Origin: Deferribacterales bacterium
Lineage (GTDB): Bacteria > Chrysiogenota > Deferribacteres > Deferribacterales > Geovibrionaceae
Direction of reading: 5' to 3'
NCBI GenBank assembly: GCA_050253335.1
Contig: JBFWJG010000006.1
Coordinates: forward strand, 1-64,000
DNA: 64,000 bases
In this document: positions 18,620-28,649 of the stretch, one piece after another
Position numbering within the stretch: the first letter of the stretch is position 1
Layout of the letters: every line of letters begins with the position of its first letter
The notes under the pieces: generated by a model
Told to the model about the DNA's origin: nothing
What the model saw: only the letters and a program-made list of their open reading frames with translations
Databases searched by the model: none
Program-made: the position numbers and the translations under genes

Positions 18620-21163
18620 TTACTCTTCGTTGTTTTCCAGAGCGTCAAGCTTGTCTTTCAGCATACTGCCGAGGCTGAAGCTTGAGCTTCCGTCGTCCAT
18701 CTTCTTGAGGAATTCCTTAACTTCTTTTCTTTCGGAATCCTGCTGATGTCTTTTGACAGAGAGGATGATGCTTCTTTCTCTCTGGTCGTTCTTGATCACG
18801 ACAGCCTTGATTGTCTGACCGACCTGAAACTTGCTGTCGGGCTCTATTTTGTCCACATCAAGCTCAGAAACGGGGATGAAGCCGCTGAGGTCTCTGGGGA
18901 GAGAAACAGTAACGCCGTCTTTTGTAACAGCAGTGATTTCAACCTCTGTCATTTTGCCGAGGGGAAGAAGCTTGCCTACCTCTCTCCAGGGGTTGGGCTC
19001 AAGCTGTTTAAGGCCGAGGCTGATTCTCTCTCTCTCAGGGTCGATTTTAAGGACTTTCGCCTCAATCTCGTCACCTTCTTTGAAGTTTGAGAGATCTTCG
19101 GGCTCTTCTGTCCATGAAATATCCTTTTTGCGGATAAGACCGTCAAGGAACTCGCCGAAGTCAACAAAAAGGCCGAACTCAGTGACGCTTTTGATAACGC
19201 CTTTAACCGTAGCGCCTTCGGGGTGTTTATCTTTCAGCGTATCCCAGGGGTTTTCGTTAAGAAGCCTGAGTGATACGATAACTTTTCTGTTTGCGTTGTC
19301 CACGCCGACAACGACGCCTTCAACCACATCTTTCGGCTCAAGCTTCACTTTCGCGTTTTTAAGCCATGAAAGCTCTTCCTGAGGAACAAAACCGTCAACA
19401 CCGGGTTCAAGCTCAAGGACAAATCCTTTGCTCTTTCTGGTGATTACTGTTCCTTTAACTATCTGGTTGTCGGGGTATTTATCATCCACAGCGCTCCAGG
19501 GGTCGTTGTGCATCTGTTTAAGGCCGACTTCGAGTTTCTCGTTCTCTTTGTCAACAGAGAGAACAAGAACATCAAGCTCTTCGCCTTCTTTCAGATACTG
19601 TGAGGGGTGTTTAACCACTCCCCAGCCGATGTTGTTTTTGTGGAGAAAACCGTCCACCGCGCCGAAGTTCATGAACGCGCCGTAGTTTTTAACGGTTTTA
19701 ACAACTCCCTTGAGGACTGCTCCTTCCTTCACTCCGTCGAAAAATTCTTTTTTGTTTTTGTCCATGGACTCAGACATGTTGATTCTTCTGGAAGCGAGGA
19801 ATGAGCGCTGTTTTTTATTGGTTTTAAGCACTTTGCACTCGATTTCCTTGCCGATGTAGGACTTGGGGTCCTGCATTCTGTTTTTGAAATCTATGTGGTT
19901 TTCGGGGATGAAGCAGTCAATGTCGTTGAACTTGCCGAGAAAGCCTTTGTCCACACTGCTTGTGACTTTGACTTTAACGGGTTTGCCCGTTTCAAGTGCG
20001 GATTCCACAGCCAGCCAGTCGGTCTCTTTCTCGATTGCTTTTCTGGAAAGCTTGATGTATCCGCCGCCGCCGGTTGTTCCCTGATACATAACGTCGATTT
20101 CATCGCCCACTTTTACGTCAACCTCTCCTTTACCGCCGAATTCGGTTTTGGAGATAACCCCCTCGGTTTTGTGACCGATGTTGACGAGGATTTCGTTTTC
20201 GTTGATTTGCGCAATAATTCCTTTAACAATGGAGCCCCTTTCAGGGAGCTGGAACGATTCTTCAAGAAGCGTTTCAAAGTCCTCCATTCTCATTTCGTCA
20301 TTGCTGTTAGAGTTATTCACATTCATTTCCTGACCCCTTCCAAAGTATTCTATTACCTCTTTTATGAGATCTCCCGGCGTGCTGGCGCCTGCGGTTATCC
20401 CAATGGTATCTGTAGGCAAAAATTTAACGCCCTCAAGCTCCTCCGCGGTTTCAATGTGGTAGGTTCTGGGGCATATCTCGCTGCATATGGTGAAAAGGCG
20501 TGTTGTGTTGGCGCTGTTTTTTCCGCCGATAACAATCACCGCGTCCACCCTGCGTGCGAGCTCAATGGCCGCAGACTGGCGTTTTTCGGTGGCGCTGCAT
20601 ATTGTATGCGCCGTTTCCAGAATGCGGCATTTATTTTTAAGAACTTCCGTAATCCTTGAGAAAGTATCTTTATTCTGTGTTGTCTGCGCCACAAGAGCGC
20701 ATTTATCGAAGCCGGGAAGCGCTTCCGCATCGGCCTCGCTCGATATTATATAAAAATCCCCTTCGATGAAGCTTACTATCCCTTCAACCTCGGGGTGTTC
20801 TCTTTCTCCGAAAACTACGACAGAAAAACCGTCTCTGCTGAATTCGCCCGCGGATTTCTGGGCTTTCTTGACAAAGGGGCATGTGGCGTCCACCGTATCT
20901 ATGCCTTTTGCTTCAAGATTCCGGTAGGTCTCTCTGGTTACTCCGTGGGAGCGTATTATGACTGTGTTTTCCCTGCTAAGGTCTTCAGGCGTTTTGCACA
21001 CGCTGACGCCCTTTTCGCTAAAGCGTTTTACAACCTGCGGATTGTGTATAATCGGTCCCAGAGTGCAGACGTTTGATTTAATACCGGAGGTCTCCTCAAC
21101 GAGACTCACCGCACGCTCAACGCCGAAGCAGAACCCTGCATGTTCGGCAAGAAAAACTTTCAC
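18620..21163 (-). CDS. ispH-rpsA: IspH (LytB) - 30S ribosomal protein S1 fusion
   Basis: IspH Cys motifs AGFCFGV, DATCPFV, HTICSAT, GITAGASTP, followed in frame by six S1 domains; GTG start after GAGG. Confidence 0.93.
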   Translation of the reverse strand: MKVFLAEHAGFCFGVERAVSLVEETSGIKSNVCTLGPIIHNPQVVKRFSEKGVSVCKTPEDLSRENTVIIRSHGVTRETYRNLEAKGIDTVDATCPFVKKAQKSAGEFSRDGFSVVVFGEREHPEVEGIVSFIEGDFYIISSEADAEALPGFDKCALVAQTTQNKDTFSRITEVLKNKCRILETAHTICSATEKRQSAAIELARRVDAVIVIGGKNSANTTRLFTICSEICPRTYHIETAEELEGVKFLPTDTIGITAGASTPGDLIKEVIEYFGRGQEMNVNNSNSNDEMRMEDFETLLEESFQLPERGSIVKGIIAQINENEILVNIGHKTEGVISKTEFGGKGEVDVKVGDEIDVMYQGTTGGGGYIKLSRKAIEKETDWLAVESALETGKPVKVKVTSSVDKGFLGKFNDIDCFIPENHIDFKNRMQDPKSYIGKEIECKVLKTNKKQRSFLASRRINMSESMDKNKKEFFDGVKEGAVLKGVVKTVKNYGAFMNFGAVDGFLHKNNIGWGVVKHPSQYLKEGEELDVLVLSVDKENEKLEVGLKQMHNDPWSAVDDKYPDNQIVKGTVITRKSKGFVLELEPGVDGFVPQEELSWLKNAKVKLEPKDVVEGVVVGVDNANRKVIVSLRLLNENPWDTLKDKHPEGATVKGVIKSVTEFGLFVDFGEFLDGLIRKKDISWTEEPEDLSNFKEGDEIEAKVLKIDPERERISLGLKQLEPNPWREVGKLLPLGKMTEVEITAVTKDGVTVSLPRDLSGFIPVSELDVDKIEPDSKFQVGQTIKAVVIKNDQRERSIILSVKRHQQDSERKEVKEFLKKMDDGSSSFSLGSMLKDKLDALENNEE

Positions 21164-21170
21164 TAAAACC

Positions 21171-21845
21171 TCAGGCCTTTCTTTTCCTATCAATCTCAGC
21201 AGACATTATTGATATAACTTCATCTATTGTCAAGCCAGTTGTGTCCAATTCGAATGCATCATCGGCTTTTTTCAGAGGAGCCTCTGTTCTTGACGAGTCC
21301 ATTTCGTCTCTTTTGAGAATATCGTTTTCAAGCTGTGCCAGAGGCACTTCCACGCCTTTTGCCTGCCATTCCGCCTGCCTTCGCCTTGCCCGTTCGGTTG
21401 GTGAGGCGGTGAAGAAAAACTTAACATCCGCCTCCGGCATAACAACTGTGCCGATGTCCCGCCCCTCCATGATCACTTCTCCGCGTTTTGCCAGCTCCTG
21501 CTGTTTGGCTGTCATGAGGCGGCGCACATCGGGAATGGCGGAAACTTCACCTACTTTTGCCGTTATCTCAGGCGTACGGATTATGTCTGTGACTTCCGTC
21601 TCTTTTCCGGCGGTATTTATGAACATACGTTGACCCGAAGGGGAGGGCTCAAAGCGCATATCTGTATTTTCAAGGATTTTTATGAAGGAAGCGTCATCAT
21701 CGGCGAATGCCGTTCTGATATAGGCGCAGGCTCTGTACATTGCGCCGGTGTCAAGGTATGTGAAACCGTATTTTTTCGCTATAAGTTTTGAAACACTGCT
21801 TTTCCCGCTGCCTGCGGGGCCGTCAACGGCAACCTGAAAACTCAT
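21171..21845 (-). CDS. cmk: cytidylate kinase
   Basis: VAVDGPAGSGKS, YLDTGAMYR, EGRDIGTVV. Confidence 0.97.
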   Translation of the reverse strand: MSFQVAVDGPAGSGKSSVSKLIAKKYGFTYLDTGAMYRACAYIRTAFADDDASFIKILENTDMRFEPSPSGQRMFINTAGKETEVTDIIRTPEITAKVGEVSAIPDVRRLMTAKQQELAKRGEVIMEGRDIGTVVMPEADVKFFFTASPTERARRRQAEWQAKGVEVPLAQLENDILKRDEMDSSRTEAPLKKADDAFELDTTGLTIDEVISIMSAEIDRKRKA

Positions 21846-21873
21846 TGAATCCTGTCCTTTATTATGATAGTTC

Positions 21874-21966
21874 AGAAACGGCACATCCTGTCCGTTTCTT
21901 CACACGCTCGCGCCTTGCAAAGCAAGCCTTCGCTCCGCACGGCGCAATTCCGTCCTTGGAATTGTA
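21874..21966. repeat. hairpin-rich intergenic element with (A/G)TCC(T)TG loops
   Basis: AGAAACGG-CACATCCTGT-CCGTTTCT and GCAATTC-CGTCCTTG-GAATTGT stem-loops. Confidence 0.5.
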
Positions 21967-22003
21967 AGTGCTGCTGCGCACTCCACGGGCACACCTATTT
22001 ATC

Positions 22004-22093
22004 AAATTCCCCTCAATCCCCCTTTGTAAAGGGAGAAGCTGTTGCGCTAAAGCAAAACCCCCTCCTTTTGCAAAGGAGGGCGGGGGAGGATTT
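22004..22093. repeat. inverted pair of CCCTTT..AAAGGG palindromic repeats
   Basis: AAATTCCCCTCAATCCCCCTTTGTAAAGGGAG ... CCTCCTTTTGCAAAGGAGGGCGGGGGAGGATTT; related copy at 63752-63785. Confidence 0.8.
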
Positions 22094-22166
22094 ATGCAGA
22101 TATATACATTGTCATTTTTAAAAGTATTTTATCAGCAATCCGCCTGCACCCTGTTTCAGCCGAAAC

Positions 22167-23450
22167 TCATTTAATTTCGGTCTGCTCCAGAATGCCCGCA
22201 AAGTTGGGAAAAGATACATCAACGCTCTGTACCTCGTCAACAGAAACCTTCTCCCCGAAACGCTTGCACATAAGGATGGAGAGCATTGCGATGCGGTGAT
22301 CGAAGAAGGAGCGGAGATGCGCCTGAACAGGTTCTTTTTTCAGCGGATATATCTTCATCCCGTCCTCGAACTCCTCGGTCTCTGCGCCAAGCTGGCGGAG
22401 GTTGTAGAGGGTCGAAGCTATTCGGTCGGATTCCTTGACCCGCAGTTCGTGGGCATCCCTTATCTCAACGGGCGAATCGGCAAACATGCCGAGAAATGCC
22501 AGAAGCGGAAGCTCATCTATGAGGTTCGCCACCAGATCTCCGTCCACTCTGCCGCCGCTGAATGACTGATGTTTTATGTGGATGTCGCCCATGGGCTCCA
22601 CTGTGTTTTCATAATAATTAAGCTCAAACTTTACGCCGAATGAGGCGAGGGCGGTGAGGAGCCCTGTTCTGGTTTCATTGAGGCCGACATTTCTGATGGT
22701 TATGTCCGAGCCTTCAAACATGAGCGCCGCGCCGATGAAGAAAGCCGCGGAGGAGAAATCCCCGGGCACTGCCGCATCGGTTCCGGTGAGCGGTCTGCCG
22801 CCGTTTATGATAACAGTGCTTCCGTTTACGGAAATATCCGCACCGAAGCTTTTCAGCATTATTTCAGAATGGTTTCTTGTGGATGCGGGTTCTGTGTATG
22901 TTGTGCGCCCCTCAATCTGCGCCGCCGCCAGAAGAACCGAGCTCTTGACCTGCGCGCTCTTGGTTTCGCCTTTGATGTCCGCCGGGTGCATTTTAGCGGG
23001 GAGGATGGAGAGGGGAAGCAGTGTGCCGTTGGAGGCGGCTTCCATCCTTGCCCCCATGATTGAGAGGGGCTTGATCACCCTTTTCATCGGTCTCTTTCGG
23101 AGGCTGTCATCTCCGGTGAGCACAGCGTAAACCCCTGCGGGGGCAATGAGCCCGCTGATGAGCCTTGCTGTTGTGCCGGAGTTGTCGCAGTTGATCACAT
23201 CGCTGGGTTCCTGAAAAAATCTGTAGCCTTTGGAAACAACAATGAAACCGTTCTCGGCAGTGAGGAATTCCGCGCCGAGGGCTTTCATTGCGTTCATTGT
23301 GGCTATGGTATCGCGGGACATGAGCGGGTTTGTCACCCTTGTGCTCCCTTCCGCCATAGCGCCGAGCATGAAGGAGCGGTGAGTTATGGATTTGTCCGCC
23401 GGAACCGTGATTTCCCCTTTGACTGATTTGATCTGTCCGAAAGTGATCAT
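22167..23450 (-). CDS. aroA: EPSP synthase
   Basis: PADKSITHR, NSGTTARL, SAQVKS, VPGDFSSAAF, RVKESDRI, DHRIAM. Confidence 0.97.
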   Translation of the reverse strand: MITFGQIKSVKGEITVPADKSITHRSFMLGAMAEGSTRVTNPLMSRDTIATMNAMKALGAEFLTAENGFIVVSKGYRFFQEPSDVINCDNSGTTARLISGLIAPAGVYAVLTGDDSLRKRPMKRVIKPLSIMGARMEAASNGTLLPLSILPAKMHPADIKGETKSAQVKSSVLLAAAQIEGRTTYTEPASTRNHSEIMLKSFGADISVNGSTVIINGGRPLTGTDAAVPGDFSSAAFFIGAALMFEGSDITIRNVGLNETRTGLLTALASFGVKFELNYYENTVEPMGDIHIKHQSFSGGRVDGDLVANLIDELPLLAFLGMFADSPVEIRDAHELRVKESDRIASTLYNLRQLGAETEEFEDGMKIYPLKKEPVQAHLRSFFDHRIAMLSILMCKRFGEKVSVDEVQSVDVSFPNFAGILEQTEIK

Positions 23451-24274
23451 TTTATGCCTCTCCTGATGCTGCTGGCTTCTTCTATGCGTTTATATATTTT
23501 TTCCTCATCCTTAGCCTCTATATCCTCCCGCCATGTTTTGAGGAAGTCTATGTAGGCATCTATGAGTCCTATGATTTTTTTGTCATTGTCCAGAAATATG
23601 TCCGTCCACATGCGTGGGTTGCTGGCGGCTATTCTGGTGAAGTCCTTAAACCCGCCGCCTGTGTATGCGAAAGCTTCGGGGCATACAAGGTTTACCGCCT
23701 CCACAAGGGAAAAGGCGGTAACGTGGGGCAGGTGACTTATGGCACCGAACACAAGGTCGTGTCTTTCAGCGGTCATCACCGTTACCCGCATACCGATTTC
23801 TTCATGGAGGGCTTTCAGTTCATCTTCGGGAAAGCCTTCCGCAACGGGGGTGAGGACATGCACAGCGCCTTCGAACAGCCCGTTTTGTGATGCTGAAAAG
23901 CCCGAAACCTCACGCCCTGCGATGGGATGACCGCCGCAGAAGTTCAGACCCAGTTCGCCCGCAAGGGAGCAGACCGATGTTTTGGTACTCGCACCGTCCG
24001 TTACGGGGGTTGTCACCCCTTTTTCAGCGAGGGTTCTCAGCACGGACTTTGTGGCCTCCACCGGAACGCAGATGTATATGAGCTCCGGCTCAAGAGCCAG
24101 AAACTGATCCGTCTCGTCCGTCAGGGCGGTGAATATGTCAGCCTCCGCGGCTTCCGCCAGAGCGGCGGAAGAACCGTCAAGCCCGTATACACAAAGACCC
24201 CGATCGAAGAAGGCTCTTGCGAAGGAGCCGCCTATCAGACCGAGGCCTATGATACCTATGGATTTAAAAGCCAT
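23447..24274 (-). CDS. tyrA: prephenate dehydrogenase
   Basis: GLGLIGGS, GGHPIAG, HD..ISHLPH, GFKDFTRIA. Confidence 0.95.
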   Translation of the reverse strand: MAFKSIGIIGLGLIGGSFARAFFDRGLCVYGLDGSSAALAEAAEADIFTALTDETDQFLALEPELIYICVPVEATKSVLRTLAEKGVTTPVTDGASTKTSVCSLAGELGLNFCGGHPIAGREVSGFSASQNGLFEGAVHVLTPVAEGFPEDELKALHEEIGMRVTVMTAERHDLVFGAISHLPHVTAFSLVEAVNLVCPEAFAYTGGGFKDFTRIAASNPRMWTDIFLDNDKKIIGLIDAYIDFLKTWREDIEAKDEEKIYKRIEEASSIRRGIK

Positions 24275-24276
24275 CG

Positions 24277-25293
24277 TCAGCTTATTTTCTTGCCTATGGC
24301 TTCGGCGATTATCTTCATCCTTTTCATAAGGATGTCGAAATCATCGGGAACTATGGACTGGTCGCCGTCGCTCATTGCATCCTCGGGGCAGTTGTGAACC
24401 TCGATCATAACACCGTCCGCTCCTGCGGCCACAGCGGCCTGAGCCATGGGAAGGATGCAGTCTCTCCTGCCTGTTCCGTGGCTGGGGTCCACTATAATGG
24501 GCAGGTGGGTGTTTGCCTGAACAACTGGCACAGCGGAGAGATCAAGGGTGTTCCTTGTTTCCGTTTCGTATGTCCTGATCCCTCTTTCGCAGAGGATGAC
24601 CTGATGGTTGCCGCCGGCTGCTATGTATTCCGCCGCCATGAGGAATTCTTTTATGGTTGCGCAGAGGCCGCGTTTAAGCATTACGGGCGTTTTTATTGTT
24701 CCGAGCTCACGCAGGAGGCGGAAGTTCTGCATATTGCGCGCGCCGATCTGGATTATGTCGGTGTATTTGAGGATGTCGTCCATGTCTCTGGGATCCATCA
24801 TCTCGGTGATTACAAGCATTCCGTATTCATCGGCCACTTCACGGAGATATTTCAGCCCCTCAACGCCGAGACCCTGAAAAGCATATGGCGAGGAGCGGGG
24901 TTTGAATGCTCCTCCTCTGAGGATTTTGGCTCCGGCTTCGCTGACCCTTTTGCCGATTGCAAAGAGCATGTCCCTGTTCTCCACAGAGCAGGGGCCTGCC
25001 ATTATCGCCACATTTTCGCCGCCGATTTTTATTCCCTTAATGTCGATTACCGTGGGCTCTGCCTTGAAATCTCTGCTCACAAGCTTGAATGGCTTCACAA
25101 TGGGCAGAACCTTTTCAACTCCGGGTATGGAGGAGAGGGGCTTGTCGCGGAGTGTTCTCTCATCGCCGATTGCGCCGATGATTGTTCTTTCCGTGCCTTT
25201 TGATATATGGGTCTGAAAACCGTATTCCGTAAGCTTGGTTGCTACGTGGTTTACCTGTTCGTCTGTCGCGCCTTTTTTCAGTACAATTATCAT
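24277..25293 (-). CDS. aroF: DAHP synthase (type I-beta)
   Basis: AGPCSVE, RGGAFKPRSSPY, QIGARNMQNF, CERGIRT, DPSHGTG. Confidence 0.96.
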   Translation of the reverse strand: MIIVLKKGATDEQVNHVATKLTEYGFQTHISKGTERTIIGAIGDERTLRDKPLSSIPGVEKVLPIVKPFKLVSRDFKAEPTVIDIKGIKIGGENVAIMAGPCSVENRDMLFAIGKRVSEAGAKILRGGAFKPRSSPYAFQGLGVEGLKYLREVADEYGMLVITEMMDPRDMDDILKYTDIIQIGARNMQNFRLLRELGTIKTPVMLKRGLCATIKEFLMAAEYIAAGGNHQVILCERGIRTYETETRNTLDLSAVPVVQANTHLPIIVDPSHGTGRRDCILPMAQAAVAAGADGVMIEVHNCPEDAMSDGDQSIVPDDFDILMKRMKIIAEAIGKKIS

Positions 25294-25305
25294 CTTTATG
25301 CTCCC

Positions 25306-26397
25306 TTAAAGGACAGCTTTAAGCTGTTCGATGAATACTTTGTTCTCTTCTTCCGTGCCGATGGAAACCCTTATGTAGTCTTTCAGTCCGGGGCCGAGAT
25401 AGCGCACTATCACCCCTTTTTTCAGCAGTTCGCTGAAGATTCTCTCCCCTTCGCCGGTTTTGACGAGAATGAAGTTTGCCTGAGTGGGTATATATTCAAA
25501 GCCGAGCTTCTCAAACTCGCCGTAAAGGTAAGCTTTGCCCATGCGGTTTTCACGGATGACTTTTTTGAGGTGGTCGGTGTCCTCCAGGGCGGCTTCGGCG
25601 GCTATCTGCGCCGCCATGTTGGTGTTGAAGGGCTGGCGGACACGGTTCATCATGTCAATGGCGATGGGATCAGCTATGCAGTAGCCCACGCGGAGCGCCG
25701 CCAGTCCGTATGCCTTGGAGAAGGTGCGCATAATCATGAGGTTAGGGTAGCTTTTCTGCATTTTGAGCGTGTCGGGGAAGTCCGGCGCGTCAACATATTC
25801 GCAGTAAGCCTCGTCCAGAACAACTATGGTCTCCGCGGGAACCTTCTTCATGAAAGCCTCAAGGGTTTCCTGACTGAAATATGTTCCCGTGGGGTTGTTA
25901 GGGTTGCCGAGGAATATGATTCTCGTTTTGTCATCTATATTAGCCGCTAGTGCTTCAAAATCGAAGGAGAAGTCGCTCCTGACGGGAATCCATCTGCATG
26001 AGGCTCTCATCGCCTGAGCTATTATTCCGTAGACGGAGAAAGAGGGCGAAGGGCTCATGACATGTTCGTCACGGGCGAGGAAGGTTCTCATGGCGAGCTC
26101 TATTATTTCGTTTGAGCCTGTGCCGAAGATAAGCCTGTCAGCACTGATGCCCAGCTTGGAGGCAAGCTTGGAGCGGAGATAGAACACATCGCCGTAAGGA
26201 TAGCGGGACATCTCCGGCAGAAAATCCGCCACAGCCTTGATGACTTTAGGTGAAGGCCCCAGCGGGTTTTCGTTGGAGGCGAGCTTCACCGCCTTTTCTA
26301 TGCCCAGCTCTCTTTCCAGTTCCTTAACCGGCTTGCCGGGCACATAAGGGCTTAAACCCTGAATCTCTTTACCTGCGAGTTTCGCGTAATCTATCAT
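25306..26397 (-). CDS. hisC: histidinol-phosphate/aromatic aminotransferase
   Basis: PYVPGKP, KLASNENPLG, NPNNPTG, RTFSKAYGLAALRVG. Confidence 0.96.
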   Translation of the reverse strand: MIDYAKLAGKEIQGLSPYVPGKPVKELERELGIEKAVKLASNENPLGPSPKVIKAVADFLPEMSRYPYGDVFYLRSKLASKLGISADRLIFGTGSNEIIELAMRTFLARDEHVMSPSPSFSVYGIIAQAMRASCRWIPVRSDFSFDFEALAANIDDKTRIIFLGNPNNPTGTYFSQETLEAFMKKVPAETIVVLDEAYCEYVDAPDFPDTLKMQKSYPNLMIMRTFSKAYGLAALRVGYCIADPIAIDMMNRVRQPFNTNMAAQIAAEAALEDTDHLKKVIRENRMGKAYLYGEFEKLGFEYIPTQANFILVKTGEGERIFSELLKKGVIVRYLGPGLKDYIRVSIGTEEENKVFIEQLKAVL

Positions 26398-27464
26398 TTT
26401 TCCCCCTTGGGATATGAACCCAGCACCTTGAAGTGGGTTACGTTTTCCGCAAATTCGTCTATCACGGCTTTAAGGGGTTCTTTGTCCCTGTGGCCGTCAG
26501 TGTCCACGTAGAAAACATATTCCCACGCCTGCTTCTTTGAAGGGCGGGATTCGATCTTAGTCATGTTTATGCCCTTGGAGGCGAAAACCTCAAGAGCCTT
26601 GTAAAGCGAGCCTGATTTATGGGTTATGCTGAAAACCATCGAGGTTTTGTCATTGCCCGTGGGCAGGGGCTCAAAGCCGCCTATGATGATAAATCTCGTG
26701 TAGTTGTTCGGCATGTCCTCTATACTGCGCTCAATTATTTTCAGGTTATAGCATATCTCGGCCATTTCGGAGGCGATGGCAGCCGCTCCGGCGTCCTTGG
26801 AGGCTATTTCGGCCGCTTTCGCTGTGGATTCCACATCATAAAGGGGGATATCCGCCGCATGTTCCGCCAGCCATTTTCTGCACTGGGGGATGGCGTGGGG
26901 GTGCGAGTAAATCCTCTGCACATCCTCAAACCTGCCGGACTGGTTCATAAGGTTCTGGTTGATCTCCAGATAAACCTCGCCGCAGATTTTGATGGATGAG
27001 CCGGCGAACATGTCCAGAGTGTGGTTCACCACCCCTTCGAGGGAGTTTTCCACGGGGATAATGCCGTAGTCCAGCCTGCCCCTTTCCACTGCGTCAAAAA
27101 CGTCCGGTATGCTGCGCATGGGTATAAGCTCCGCGGAAAGACCGAACTGCTTTATGGCGGCGAGGTTGGTGAAGGTTCCCTCCGGCCCCAGATAGCCGAT
27201 GCGCTGAAGCTTTTCCAGCGAGAGCGAGGCGGAGATAATCTCCCTGTAAACCCTGCGGACGGCCTCAAAAGGCAGAGGCCCTTCATTTATCTTTGAAAGA
27301 CGCTCATAAATCTGCTTCTCCCGCGAGGGAACATAAAGGGGCTTGCCCAGCTCCTTCTTGATTTCGCCTATCTTCATGGCTTCTTTCGCGCGTGCGTTCA
27401 GAAGCCTGAGTATCTCGGCGTCCAGCCTGTCAATTTCCTGTCGGTGTTTATCAAGTTCATCCAT
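26394..27464 (-). CDS. pheA: chorismate mutase/prephenate dehydratase
   Basis: N-terminal CM (RQEIDRLD), YLGPEGTF, PVENSLEG, NYTRF, MTKIESRP. Confidence 0.96.
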   Translation of the reverse strand: MDELDKHRQEIDRLDAEILRLLNARAKEAMKIGEIKKELGKPLYVPSREKQIYERLSKINEGPLPFEAVRRVYREIISASLSLEKLQRIGYLGPEGTFTNLAAIKQFGLSAELIPMRSIPDVFDAVERGRLDYGIIPVENSLEGVVNHTLDMFAGSSIKICGEVYLEINQNLMNQSGRFEDVQRIYSHPHAIPQCRKWLAEHAADIPLYDVESTAKAAEIASKDAGAAAIASEMAEICYNLKIIERSIEDMPNNYTRFIIIGGFEPLPTGNDKTSMVFSITHKSGSLYKALEVFASKGINMTKIESRPSKKQAWEYVFYVDTDGHRDKEPLKAVIDEFAENVTHFKVLGSYPKGEK

Positions 27465-27614
27465 CCGACAAATCTACCAGAACCCTCTTGTTTAAGCAAG
27501 GCTAAAGAACTGTTCAGCGGGGCTTTAACAACAATATGGGCTTGACGGGTACGGGCTGTTTTGGGATAAACTGAAAGTAATCTTTTTCCCTGAAATAAAA
27601 TAAAAGGAAATATT

Positions 27615-28649
27615 TTGAAGATACTTGTGTTCAACCCTTCATTCCTTGGCGATTCGGTGCTTACCACACCTCTTATAAAGGCTGTGAGGCATTATTTTCC
27701 GGACAGCGCCGTGGATTTCTGCGTGAGGCCGGAGAATGCGCCGCTTTTTCAGGGGATGGAGCTGATAAACGAAGTCATAGTCTTTGACAAACGCAGATCC
27801 GCAGGCGGACTTGGCGGTATTTTCCGTTTTGCCCGCGAGCTGAAAAAGCGTGATTACGATATAATAATCTCCTGCCACAAATCCTTCCGCAGTACGCTTA
27901 CAATGGCTCTTGCAGGCGTTCTGCGCCGTGTGGGGTTCAGGCAGGCGGCTTTTTCATTTCTTTACACCGAGACGGTGAACAGAGACATGAGTCTCCACGA
28001 AGTTGAACGCAACCTTATGCTTCTTGAACCGCTGGTTGAGGGGTTCAGCCTGAATGATGCAAAAAAATACGCAGGCAGGGCAGAGGTTTCTGTTGATGAG
28101 AGGATAAGCGCCAACGCCGCCAAATACATAAAATCCGCATCCGGCGGGCGCAGGCTCATCGGCATGAACGCGGGCAGTGTCTGGGCCACGAAGAAGTGGC
28201 AGGCGGAAAAGTTCTCCGAAGTAAACGATATGCTGTATGAAGAGGGATTTTTCTGCGTTCTGTTCGGCGGACCCGGTGATTACCGTGACTGCGAAAGGGT
28301 GAAGGCTCACTCAATATATCCTTTGATGAATCTGTGCGGAAAGCTTCCTCTAGGGCAGCTTCCTTCATACATAAAGGCTATGGAGGCGCTTGTCACCAAT
28401 GACAGCGGGCCTATGCACATCGCCTCCGCTGTGGGCACTCCAGCCGTGGGTATATTCGGCCCCACTGTGAAGGAACTGGGCTTTTTTCCGTATGATGACA
28501 AAAGCATCGTGGTGGAAAAGGAGCTTTACTGCCGCCCCTGCGGGCTCCACGGAGGCGACGAATGTCCGGAGGGGCATTTCCGCTGCATGGGCGAAATCAG
28601 CGCTGGTGATGTGTTTCAGGCTGTAAAAAAGGTGCTCGGTAATGAATAA
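27615..28649 (+). CDS. waaF: LPS heptosyltransferase II (GT9)
   Basis: SFLGDSVL, GSVWATKKW, VTNDSGPMHIA, CRPCGLHG..CP.GHFRC. Confidence 0.85.
   Translation: MKILVFNPSFLGDSVLTTPLIKAVRHYFPDSAVDFCVRPENAPLFQGMELINEVIVFDKRRSAGGLGGIFRFARELKKRDYDIIISCHKSFRSTLTMALAGVLRRVGFRQAAFSFLYTETVNRDMSLHEVERNLMLLEPLVEGFSLNDAKKYAGRAEVSVDERISANAAKYIKSASGGRRLIGMNAGSVWATKKWQAEKFSEVNDMLYEEGFFCVLFGGPGDYRDCERVKAHSIYPLMNLCGKLPLGQLPSYIKAMEALVTNDSGPMHIASAVGTPAVGIFGPTVKELGFFPYDDKSIVVEKELYCRPCGLHGGDECPEGHFRCMGEISAGDVFQAVKKVLGNE

Noticed and set aside
24394..25950. Long plus-strand ORFs (269 and 247 aa)
   Set aside because: Antisense shadows of aroF and hisC caused by codon bias.
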